DNA of 61,317 bases, filler included, from Globobulimina sp. (taxonomy: Eukaryota): assembly GCA_003354225.1 (NCBI GenBank). It is 17 parts of 17 records of this genome, joined end to end, with 100 filler letters (N's around TTAATTAATTAA, not from the genome) between each part and the next. Parts side by side here need not be neighbours in the genome. Positions count along the whole stretch, not along the records: positions 1 to 3,515 come from PIVH01002611.1; positions 3,616 to 7,130 come from PIVH01002612.1; positions 7,231 to 10,745 come from PIVH01002613.1; 14 more parts are not named here. One strand, written 5' to 3'. Position numbers and translations under genes: made by a program. The notes beneath the pieces are model-generated. The model searched no databases, was not told where the DNA came from, and saw only the letters and a list, made by a program, of their open reading frames with translations. Numbering within the stretch: position 1 is the first letter of the stretch; every line of letters begins with the position of its first letter. Positions 1 through 10,845 of the stretch are shown here, piece after piece.

Positions 1-1573
1 ATAATCCAAATCCCAACATTGCTAAAAATATTATTATTATTACAATTTTTGCCCAAATATGTTTGACAATTTTTTGTCCAAACCATTTGAATGTTTTTCT
101 CGAAATCTCAGCTGGTATTAAATGCAAACAACAGCAGCATGCTAATTTATTTCGAGATGTATCATCGCCTAATTCCGGAAACATTGCATGTTTTGTTTTC
201 AATTTAAGACAACAGCAACAATCAATTCTGTTTGCATGTGCTCGTTTACTATCTAATACAATACAGGCTGCGAAGAACGTGATATTCAAAAGAAAAACGA
301 AAAATACACCAAATGCAGCGTATAAGCAAAATGATTGCAGTGCGGGTAATACCGTTGTACTGCCAATGGCAAAAGCACAAAAATCCGTTAATGATGTAAT
401 GAATACGGAGACTCCCGCATGTTTCATTGTAGCTGCCATTCTTTTTGCTGCTGATATTTGTGTCCCGGATTCTTTTGTTTGTTGTTGAAACTCTCCCGCA
501 ATGATAAAGGCGTCGTCTATTCCCAATCCCAATAATAAAAAAGGTAAAGTTGTATGAAAAGGACTATAAATCAAAGAAAAAAAACTTGCAAAGCCCATGG
601 AAGCTGTAACAGCGAGTCCAACAGTCAAAATTGCACTGAATGATAAACCAAACATTGAATGAACATAGTCACGCTTTCCGAGAGCAATTGAAGCGTAAAA
701 TATCAATACTAAAATCGCAACAGTGTAGTTTATCATATCTGACATAACTGCTCCGACGAATTCACCGTTGAATGCTTGTTCCGAATATGGTATCACTGTA
801 CAATCAGTACAATCATAATTTAATATTACTTCAGTTGTGTCTAATTCCCATTGTTCGCGTGATGGATCAATAAAGTCTTTGTTTACTTCGATGACCGCTG
901 CTTCCACTTTGTATGTGCCAGCAATAACTGAGGCGGATATAATCTCATTATTTTCATTGTATTCTAATCCACCTAACATTGAGAATAAATCACTGCTTTC
1001 ATCATTGATCATTTTTAGCACTGCATCATCTGTTAAATTGTATACATCGTTATAAGAATAGCCAAAGATATCTAAAATTGTAGTCATGTCACAATTCAGT
1101 CCTAATCTTAAACAAATTGAAGTAGAATTTTTGTATCCATCAAAAGAATATAATCCTGGGAATTTATCACTATGTTCAGATGATTTTGATGTTGTATTTA
1201 TCATCAAATTATGTACAATCCAGTATTGTTGAATGTATTTTGCTTGTAACACATTTTCATTTTCATCATTTGGGCGAAGTAATATTTCAACTGAGCGGGT
1301 TTCATGCCCAAAGACATCAGAAACCCATTCAAATTGAACTGTAGCGTCCGAATCTGCCGGTATCCATAATTGTGTTGCTCTGCTGTCTTTGTTTAAGTTT
1401 ATAATACCTGTTGAAAGTAACAGTGATATTAAAATAGAAACAACGATTGTTTTCCATGGATGGTTGCCAACCGTTAGACCAATTTTAGCAAATACGCTTT
1501 CAAAATGTGTTTGAATAAAATTACTACATTTTTGTAAAAATAAACCATCAGTTTTTTGCTCTGTTATTGTCAT
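1..1573 (-). CDS. Patched/NPC1-like RND-family protein with sterol-sensing domain, 3' truncated
   Basis: Missing from the ORF track because it has no stop before the window edge. Manual translation from ATG 1573: MTITEQK...HPWKTIVVSILISLLL...QLWIP...PFLLLGLGIDDAFII...HAGVSVFITSLTDFCAFAIG...LPALQSFC, the classic SSD motifs. Confidence 0.92.
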   Translation of the reverse strand, partial: MTITEQKTDGLFLQKCSNFIQTHFESVFAKIGLTVGNHPWKTIVVSILISLLLSTGIINLNKDSRATQLWIPADSDATVQFEWVSDVFGHETRSVEILLRPNDENENVLQAKYIQQYWIVHNLMINTTSKSSEHSDKFPGLYSFDGYKNSTSICLRLGLNCDMTTILDIFGYSYNDVYNLTDDAVLKMINDESSDLFSMLGGLEYNENNEIISASVIAGTYKVEAAVIEVNKDFIDPSREQWELDTTEVILNYDCTDCTVIPYSEQAFNGEFVGAVMSDMINYTVAILVLIFYASIALGKRDYVHSMFGLSFSAILTVGLAVTASMGFASFFSLIYSPFHTTLPFLLLGLGIDDAFIIAGEFQQQTKESGTQISAAKRMAATMKHAGVSVFITSLTDFCAFAIGSTTVLPALQSFCLYAAFGVFFVFLLNITFFAACIVLDSKRAHANRIDCCCCLKLKTKHAMFPELGDDTSRNKLACCCCLHLIPAEISRKTFKWFGQKIVKHIWAKIVIIIIFLAMLGFGL

Positions 1574-2252
1574 TATGAAATTTTCAGAGTTGGAATCAAA
1601 GATAATTGTTAGAAGAATATATTCAATTTGGACTAATTAATTAAATATAGAAATGTTTGACCATCAAAATATAGAAATAATTCATAATTAATAAATAGCG
1701 GTAGCTGCTTTGAATAGTTGATGCAAATTATTGTTGCATAATGCCTGATTTACTGAGAGAAACAAAATGTCGCCATGCTAACTTCATCTGTTTTTATACT
1801 TTAACTTCTGCGATGTATACAAAAGAGAACTGACTCAGTCTTAAAGAGAAGCAAATATATAGTAAACCACGTACAGTAAACGCGTAATGTTTTTTCATAG
1901 AAAAATTGACAAACATATGATAAAAGGAAACAAAAAATAGAGGTAATAAACAAGAAGAGATTATTTTTTTGGAAAGCGGAGGGAAAAAGATGTGAAGTGC
2001 TTAAATTAAATGCTTACCAAGAAGAAAAGTGGTAAGACTATAAATAAAACCAGCCGGTAAAATTTGTGCATAAGTGCACAGAATCCGGACAAAAAGTATA
2101 AAAAGAAAATGATAAACACACAATAATTTATTGTCAATGGTTTTCGTCACTAACAATCAAAAAGAAATAAATAAAAATAATATATATAATATAATCGCAG
2201 TGTTAATGAGAATGTGTAAAGTGTGGTGTGTGAATAGGCGCAACGCATTGGA

Positions 2253-3515
2253 TTACCAAGTATGGAATGCATAGTTCCATTGGTTTGCAAAGCGTTTCGT
2301 AGAATCTATGTAGTCGGATAAGGATCTAAGGCATGTAATCCTTGCATTGCTAAATTGTGTCCAAATTAGATCATTTCGTTGATTATCTTTGTCCATAATT
2401 TGTTCTTGTAATGGAAATAAGAGCGTTTTTATTTTTATCTCGTCAGAATGGGGCCAATTAAAATCCATTTCTATAGAATCAAATATATCGATATATGTAT
2501 CGATTAAATCATGTCTTAATTCATCATAAATCGGACAATGCAATAGGTAGTGTTCCGTTGTTTCATGACTGTTACAGTTCGAGTGTGGGCAAATTGAGTC
2601 TTGTTTCCATTTAGATTGGCCATTAAGAACACCATGGCCTGTTCGCAGAGTTGATAAGTTTTTCCATTTATAAAATTCCAATTCTTTCAATTCAAGTTTG
2701 AATATGACATTATAGGATATGTTCCATTTGGAGTAAAGTCGGGATAAGTTGTTGTGATAATTTTTTACTTTGTTTAATTTGTATTTTTGTCGTAGTCGAT
2801 CTAGAGTGTGGTGCCAGGCGATGCGTTTATGCTCTTTCTTTATTGCCTGATAATCATAGTTTTGCCAATCATTAATCGTCGGAGCCAATCTATATTCTTT
2901 CCAATTAGTTGTTTGGTATAAGTTGTACATTGCAAGTTTGGCGAAAAGATCCGCCAAATCGTTACCTGGTTCGCCAGTATGCGAATTTTTCCAGACTAAG
3001 TGGACTGTGATGGCGTATTGCCCAATGATCCGTATTTGTTGATGTATACTCATGATTTTGCTATGTACAATACTTGAATTAATCACATTGGTGCCGTTGA
3101 TCCAGTTAATAACGCCCAAATTATCAATCACTAAGATGATGTCGTTGGGGATTTTTGTTGTGTCATTTAATTTGATTTGATTTACATAATAATCTAGGTC
3201 ATCCATAATAAGGTCGACGCCGTCCAATTCGCAGTGGTCAATGCTTGAGCGGATGCTGACTGATCTGGCGTGATAAAAATAATTCGAAATTGTGTTATGG
3301 TTATTTGCAATATCTTGATCAACGAATTTGTTTCTAATCAGTTCTTTGTAGGATAATGAGTGAAAGTAATAATGTGCGGAACAGGAAAAAAGGCCGGAGC
3401 CGCCATATTGGTTTTTGTTGAAACCGTCAGTAAATCCGAGTTGCAGTAATTTTGGATTTATTTGATTCGAATCAATGAATTGTTGGAGCCAAAGTTGGCT
3501 AAAATCGATCAGTTT
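2253..3515 (-). mobile_element. Non-LTR retrotransposon ORF2 3' part: RNase H plus C-terminal CCHC knuckle, 5' truncated by contig end
   Basis: Frame is open to the contig edge. RNase H residues FTDG...CELDG...VIDN...WKNSHTGEPGNDLADLFAK, then LRTGHG and CPHSNCNSHETTEHYLLHC as in RNase H-bearing LINEs. Confidence 0.88.
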
Positions 3516-3615
3516 NNNNNNNNNNNNNNNNNNNNNNNNNNNNNNNNNNNNNNNNNNNNTTAATTAATTAANNNNNNNNNNNNNNNNNNNNNNNNNNNNN
3601 NNNNNNNNNNNNNNN
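3516..3615. other. Artificial contig linker (44 N + TTAATTAATTAA six-frame stop + 44 N), first of 16
   Basis: Identical 100-bp spacer also starts at 7131, 10746, 14360, 17974, 21587, 25200, 28813, 32426, 36039, 39651, 43263, 46875, 50487, 54098 and 57708. Contig lengths fall monotonically from 3515 to 3510 bp. Confidence 0.99.
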
Positions 3616-3750
3616 TCCATTTGTGTATGCAAAATATAGTCGGACGTATACAAATGGAAAGTAATGATCTGCCTTCTCAGCTGCCGCGAAAATATGACAG
3701 AATTGTTTAAATACTTATATTCAACAAATACATAATATAATATTGGATTT

Positions 3751-4293
3751 CTAGATTTTTTTATCATTTGAACGCCTTGTTACTATGTTCAAATATGAAT
3801 CCCAAAATATGCGGTTTTTCACAAGTGTGTTAGAACGCCCAGCCTCGAAAACTTGGTGCGCGTTGTTCATTTGCATGGTGCGCGTTGTTCTTTCAATGGG
3901 CGGGAATAAATTAGATAATCGATGCTCTATCTCTTCGCCTTCAATATCCCCATTTGATTTGCTGTTTGGTTCCAGTGAATCATCCAATGCATCATCCAAT
4001 TTATCAGCACATGGACTATCTCTGGACTTTTTATATTGTATTACAGCAACTTGTTTTTCCAATTCATGTTGTAATTGTTCAGTACGTAATTCATTCCAAG
4101 TGTTTCTATTTGAATTTGTTTGGTCATCACTCAGCGTTAATAAATGTTCGTTATCCTTAGTCTCAATGATTTGTCCCATGTTCTCAGCGGCAATGATATT
4201 GTTTGGTTTTAATCTGTTATCATTTTTCGAAGTTTCAACAACAAAATTTACATCTTTTTTTTGGCCATTACAACAGCAGAATAAACAGCCCAT
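3751..4293 (-). CDS. Hypothetical protein with predicted N-myristoylation/palmitoylation
   Basis: 180-aa ORF starting MGCLFCCCNG. Confidence 0.65.
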   Translation of the reverse strand: MGCLFCCCNGQKKDVNFVVETSKNDNRLKPNNIIAAENMGQIIETKDNEHLLTLSDDQTNSNRNTWNELRTEQLQHELEKQVAVIQYKKSRDSPCADKLDDALDDSLEPNSKSNGDIEGEEIEHRLSNLFPPIERTTRTMQMNNAHQVFEAGRSNTLVKNRIFWDSYLNIVTRRSNDKKI

Positions 4294-4489
4294 AATCAGG
4301 GTTAGTAAATATAGTAAAAAAACTTAAAGCAGCTTATTAAAAATCTTTTGGTTCACTAACTTTAGTGTAGTTGTGATTCAATAGGTTTTGCAGCCAGAGG
4401 TGTCTCACCGCATATTCGCACTGGCAATTCATTAATTTCATTTTTACAATTCTTTAAACTCAATTAATATTTGCACTCAATCAAATTCA

Positions 4490-5341
4490 ATGTTATTATT
4501 ATTATTATCAATTTTGTGCTGTACATGTATTTATCAAACAACTGCGGCAGCAGTGATCCGAGCTCGATTAATTCTTTCTGATGACACAGAGTATGAGTAC
4601 GAAATAATTAAAACATACAACAGATGGCACACTGCTGGGATGTGGTCGCAAATACTTCAATCATTTGATGCATTAATGGAGCAACGAACAATATTCCAAA
4701 CTCATTCAATCATTAAGCGAGTGTTTAATGCGTGTTTCAGGACCGGAAACATTCCTTTTTCTGAAAGAGTGTGGAATTATATCATTGACAGAGAAAATTG
4801 TTGGAAAAAACCAACTGGAATGTTGTATTCGAAAATGTTAAAAATATATTTCAATTACAGTGAGGTATATGGAGAGCGTTTACATCATAATTATTTAACA
4901 AACGCAATGCAAATCACAGACCAATGGATGTATGAATATCAGCACGATCCACAGTCATTGAAAGGCGGTGTGATACCTGTTGGCGACCCAATAATTGTGA
5001 ACCAAATGATTAATATTATTCTGTTGAAAACCTCAGCCATATACAATGAAACAAGGCGGAATGCCATAATCAAGTCATACTTTGCTAAGATGTTTGCAGC
5101 GAATATAATGCCCAACGATAATACATTGGAAATGTTACCATGCTATGATGAATATGATTGTATTCGCTTTATTGAAAGTACAAACACATTAGAAATGGCA
5201 TATTTTATCATCAATCAGTTGTTAATGTACAAGTTTAATGTTAGTGATGCAAACATTTTTGAGTTTGATAAGCAAAGTGGAAATAGGATAACACAAAAAT
5301 TGAGACAATTAGGTGATGAAGGAATTGATGGTAATTTATAA
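4490..5341 (+). CDS. Signal-peptide protein with degenerate PPR-like helical repeats
   Basis: Hydrophobic N-terminus MLLLLLSILCCTCIYQTTA. Repeats such as IKRVFNACFRTGNIPFSERVWNYI..KPTGMLYSKMLKIY and FAKMFAANIMPNDNTL. Confidence 0.55.
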   Translation: MLLLLLSILCCTCIYQTTAAAVIRARLILSDDTEYEYEIIKTYNRWHTAGMWSQILQSFDALMEQRTIFQTHSIIKRVFNACFRTGNIPFSERVWNYIIDRENCWKKPTGMLYSKMLKIYFNYSEVYGERLHHNYLTNAMQITDQWMYEYQHDPQSLKGGVIPVGDPIIVNQMINIILLKTSAIYNETRRNAIIKSYFAKMFAANIMPNDNTLEMLPCYDEYDCIRFIESTNTLEMAYFIINQLLMYKFNVSDANIFEFDKQSGNRITQKLRQLGDEGIDGNL

Positions 5342-5362
5342 TGAAATGCGCATTGACTGCAT

Positions 5363-7130
5363 TCACGAGTCGTTAGTTTCTCCCCTTGTCTCATTGTCAC
5401 CAATTACCTCGTCATCATCATTTGGATTAGGAGTATGACATCGAATGGTCCCCAACTTAACCATTCCTTCTATCTCTTCTTCCATTGCCTCTTCCTTTTT
5501 TACTTTATGTATTTCTGCCATGATTTTTATCTGATGCGATTTAAGCACAATTCCAATTTCATTCAATTCTGATTTATCCATTATTTCCTGAATAGATATC
5601 ATTGACTCATAGCCATTGTTGACAAAAACATCATAATATTGTCCTAATTCAACAGTATTTTCTAACCATGATTTTATTTCCAATTTGTTATTCATATCCT
5701 GTACAAAATTCATTTTTATATCATCATAATCACCATTTGTTACTTGCGTTTTTTTGTCTGCAGGAACACTCAAACCATGATCGTTTTTGTTCTCTGTCTT
5801 TATTGATGACACACTCTGTAATTCAGATTCGTGCTTCATTGATGACGCAGATATCGATTGCGTTTGCATCAAATCAGAAATTTCGTAACTAAGTTTTTCT
5901 GCTTTTTTCATATGATACAAATAAACCGCACATATAATGATAACACATACGAATAATGCGCCCGCTGTACTTATTAATACGTTGGTAACATACTCATTAT
6001 TGTCAGCAACACCGTTTCTGTACAAAAGCGTTGTTTGTGGATTTGATATGGTCGTTTCGACCGCATTTCTTTCCACAATGATGTCGCCAACAATATTAAT
6101 GTTTATCTGAGTGGCTTCTATAAATATTCCTTTCTCTCCAGCTTTGTCAACCAAGTCTTGCTGCAATTTTCCGTTTGCAAAAGCTGATAATATATGGTTT
6201 CTCGATGCTACATCACATGTAAATATTGTGGCATTCGCAGCTGTGCCATTATTAGATATTTGGACAACCAATGTTTCGTCATTTCGGATGCAATGATGAG
6301 TTAAATTGTTTTCTGTATATGTCGCGTTTATAATATCCACAAGAAATCGAATGAGTGTTTCTTTATCTTTATCATTTACATCAACTTTATCATCAAACGA
6401 TACGCTAATTAAGATTCCATAAATTAGTATGACTCCATCCTTTGTTGGAGCAGTTGTTGGATTTATTGTTGGTATCACTGTACTTGGAGATGGAGTTGGT
6501 AGTGATGCAGTTGATATAGCTGTCGTTGGTGCGGATGTAGTCTCTGTCAATGTAGTCGGTGTTGAAGTAGTTGGCGTTGTTGTTGTTGGTGTGGATGTGG
6601 TTGGTGTCAATGTTGTGGGTATTGTTGTCGTTGGTGTTAATGTTGTCGGTGTTGAAGTAGTTGGTGTTGTTGTCGTTGGTGGTGTTGTCTGTGTTGTTGT
6701 CGGTGTTAAAGTAGTTGGTGTCATTGTTGTAGGTATTGTTGTCGTTGGTGTTGTTGTAGTTGGTGTTATTGTCGTTGGTTGGGATAACAATTCATATTCG
6801 AGCAATATTTCAGTGATTTCATAGTTATCAGAAACAGATTGTCCGGTTATGTAAATATTATGTCCAGTATTAACTGGTATATGTTCATTAAAAGCACAAC
6901 TCGTCGCATTATATCCATTACCTTCAAACGTTACTGTCATCCGGTTCTGTGCGGGATAGTTTTCAATGATAAATGTCAATGGCCATGAAGTTGCATCAGA
7001 TGGAGCACCCATATCTTCATAGTCGCACGGACGAGAGGTATTGATATAGGCCGGTCTACATGCTCTATTTCCAGGCGTTTGATATTGCCCAGGAGCCATA
7101 ACCCAGTACACATCACCAGACAGTAATTTT
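5363..7130 (-). CDS. Type I membrane protein: beta-rich ectodomain, Thr/Pro stalk, TM, cytoplasmic SAM domain; 5' truncated
   Basis: PTTT stalk; TM VLISTAGALFVCVIIICAVYLY; SAM EIKSWLENTVELGQYYDVFVNNGYESM...ELNEIGIVLKSHQIKIMAEI. Confidence 0.85.
6545..6780 (-). repeat. Coding tandem repeat (~15-bp unit, PTTxT mucin-like stalk)
   Basis: GTTGTTGTCGGT-type repeats on + strand encode TPTTT units on the minus strand. Confidence 0.9.
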
Positions 7131-7230
7131 NNNNNNNNNNNNNNNNNNNNNNNNNNNNNNNNNNNNNNNNNNNNTTAATTAATTAANNNNNNNNNNNNNN
7201 NNNNNNNNNNNNNNNNNNNNNNNNNNNNNN

Positions 7231-10210
7231 AAAATTACAATACGTACAGCTTAATAATGAACACGAGAAGAAACCAGCACTCAACAAAAAAACGAAAAAG
7301 AAAAGAAAAAACGGATACCATGCACCAAAACCAAAATACATTTTGCATCCTTACCACGGGGAAGAAAGCGATAACAAAATAATAATTTTGCAGCCACCAA
7401 ATGCCAAAAAAGATAACCTTAAACATTACCGAGCTAATCGAGCACCATCAGCCGGAACCAAAAAATCCAAAAAAACAATGAAAAAACCCAAAAATCATAG
7501 ACTCCACAAACATATCAACAAACCGTCACTAAAACCTTCCGATTCAGACACGACAAACACCACCACACAGTTTAAGAAATCGCACGAAGCAAATCAACGC
7601 AAAAAGCGATTATTTGGCATTGATTCTCGACAACGCGTTGTTTCATTCAAAGCAGAAAACGAAAAAGATATACCACTCAAACTAAACAAGCAAATATCAA
7701 ATAGCAGTTCCAGCCAATCCAATATATCCAAGAATAGCGATGCCAATGCCATGCAACGAAAAGCAATGTCTCTTTCCCCACAGAAACGAAATAATAATCA
7801 CTTGGGTTTAAAAAACGAAAGCAACACAAAGCACGAACGCAAAACCGACAATTCTTATAATCACAGAAAAGAGTCTGCGAGTTTTACGACTGACGATCTC
7901 TGCATTACATACAAAAAAGGACAGACAGTTTCATTCCGCCCCTCCGGTCGAAATAACGATGAGTGGAAGAAAGGCGTTATACACGATATCACTCCTATTG
8001 ATAACGTACAATATTTATCCATTATGACCGAGATGAATGACACGAACGATACCTTTGCGACTTTTTATATCCCATTGAATGACAAACAACGAGTGCGCCC
8101 ATACAACAGTGGCCGACGAATACGAACGTCGCGTTCAAACACATCCTATTCCAACACACAATTAATGCGATTAGGCATTGGCGGCGTTTTCACGGACTAT
8201 GATGTGAAGGATGTGATTATAAACACACAAAAACAAGAAATTATACACAAAAATGATATGATAAGCATCCCGAATATAAATAGTCAACCTTTACAAGAAT
8301 GGTCCAGTTTGGAAGTCGCTGCCTGGCTTATCCCTATACAACAGGGCAAATACAGCAATTACATACCTGCCGTTATTGAAAATAATGTCAATGGCAAAGC
8401 ATTGACTGAGTTAACCTTTGTTACTATGATGAAATTAAGCAAATACCAGATGAATGTGACGGATTGTACGGACTTATTGAATCATATTAAAGTATTCAAA
8501 GAATCTCCCAATTGCAAGGCGAGGCAATCCGAGCATGCGTTGGTTGTGCCGGTGCTGGCGGTGCACGATGAAAAATTGAAATTTGGCGTGATTGAGACCA
8601 GCGACGATATCGATATCCCACTATTGACAGACGACGATAACTCGAATCAAGTGGTGATTGAACAGGGTCGCTTTTGGCGTTTATTTTATTTCCCAAAATT
8701 AAAAAGCGTCCAATATGATGTCGACAAACCTGTCAATAAATGGACACCGTATGAAGTGTCCTTATGGATCCACGATATATTTAATAATAAATTTAGTATT
8801 TACGCGCATTATTTTATCCAGTTTCAAATTGATGGCCAATCGTTGTTGAATATTACGCGGAAGTCAGCCACCGACGATTTGAAGATGATATCGCCAAATA
8901 TCCGGAGATTATTCTTTGACGAATTGCGTGCTTTATCCACTTTGCAGCCATGCGGTATTCGGCAATATAATGACCATAGCCATCATTGTCCGAATCAGCA
9001 ACAAATCAAACGATTAACCCATCGCTTGACCCATGTTCACAATGACATTATGCCGAAAATGACAGCACCAAAACGGTCGCAATCCGCGAATACGAGTCCA
9101 TGCAAAAAAGAGCATGGCACCAATGACTATATGGACGTGATCGTGGCGCAGAAAATTATCAAAGGCATTCATCAACAAACTGCGTCAAGGAATAATGTCG
9201 TGATCGCCGACCTGATATTACGTGACAATAAGAAGCGTACATTGAGCGGCAATACAGAAGCGATGCATAATTTTGTATCCGGTGTAGAAGATGACGACGA
9301 AGAGGTCGTCAACGTAGCCTTTCAACACTTAAATAAAGGAGATATGGATTTTTATAATGACACAAACTTACATTTCATTCAATATTCAGAGGATAATACA
9401 CATGGCGCCGTGCACCATCACAACGCTGATGTCGATATAATGGCGCCCAACAAAGCAGGTCCTGGGCTATGTGTAGCCGCATTGTTTAACGCGACGGACG
9501 CAAATACGTTATCGGATGAACCCGGCCCGGGTATCGAGCAAATCAATAAGAAATTCGATATCATGGAGCAAATGATTGAGGAAGAACCGACGTTGAGCGA
9601 ACAGCCATTATCTATTGGTACGGTGGCGAGTATTGACCACATTGAACAGATTGAGCCGGCAGCCACTTCGCTTGCATCCAATGTGAGTATGAAATTGAGC
9701 TCAGACCACACCTTATCGCCCAGACAGGACCGAGGCAGTACGTTGCTGATTAATCTGACGACGCATGAAAATAAGACCTCGTTATTGGTGGAAGGGTCGC
9801 AGTCGACGTCGCAGTCGCAGTCGCAGACTAATATGGGACGGCTGAGTGATAACAAAAATATACATGCATCGTTTGCGGGATATGGCGGTGTGGCTGTGAC
9901 TGACGAACAGGATGAACTGGAGATTGATGTGTGGGATACGCAGGACATCGATGTCGATGTAGATCCACGGCATAATTATAATAAACATTGCTTTTTGGAT
10001 TCATTTATGGATCATGGCTTTGATGATAATGACCCATTGTTTGCCGAATCATTGACTCCGATGAGCAGTAAATATGGTAAACAAGAAAGGGTTGCTACTA
10101 TGACTGTGTCGGCGTCGTTTCCTTTTGATATTGAAGACAAAATGAATGAAGTGGACGGTGGAGATCTTTTGTGCCATGAACCAAATGTAACATTGGAAAT
10201 AGATCAGTGA
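7231..10210 (+). CDS. Large low-complexity protein with two SAM domains and a possible Tudor/SH3-like module; 5' open
   Basis: Frame is open from the contig start. SAM1 PLQEWSSLEVAAWL...NVNGKALTEL; SAM2 PVNKWTPYEVSLWI...QIDGQSLL...IRRLFFDELRAL; YKKGQTVSF...EWKKGVIHDI. Confidence 0.8.
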
Positions 10211-10845
10211 TTTGTAAGTAAAGCAAGAGAAAAAATGTAAATATATTTCAATGCAAAGTATATTTGACTACACAAAAAAAGAAATCAGATATATAATTTT
10301 GTTATTTGTTGACATACTGTAAACAATAGAATGTGTTCATTATTAGTCTTTAAATTATTTTTAGTTTTATATTACTGATTAATAGCTAGGGCAAACCTGT
10401 CCTTTTTTGTTTTGTGCTTATTTTTGTTCAGTCCGATTATTTTGTGTTGTGATTTTTTTTCTTGTTAAATCGTTGTTTGTTTTTTTTATTGACCATTTTT
10501 TTGTTGTTTTTTATTTGTTTCTTTCTTTCTTTCTTATTTTCTTCTGGATTCTTATGGATATAAGTTAATTATTGTTTTATTCTGAAAAGGAAATGACACG
10601 AATGTTATTTATTTATATTTATGTCTTTGTTTTTTTGCGAGTGCCTACTTTTCTGTGCTGTTTTTTTTTTCAACTTGTATTCGTGTCTAAAAATTTATCT
10701 TTATACACTTTAGAATAGGACGTGTTTAGAATGTTGCCTTTTGGANNNNNNNNNNNNNNNNNNNNNNNNNNNNNNNNNNNNNNNNNNNNTTAATTAATTA
10801 ANNNNNNNNNNNNNNNNNNNNNNNNNNNNNNNNNNNNNNNNNNNN

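Noticed and set aside
3560-3571. Regularly spaced TTAATTAATTAA as a biological repeat or CRISPR-like array; ORFs ending in X...LIN
   Set aside because: It is a synthetic six-frame stop spacer embedded in N runs.
6429-6824. Val/Gly-rich plus-strand ORF
   Set aside because: Antisense shadow of the Thr/Pro stalk codons.
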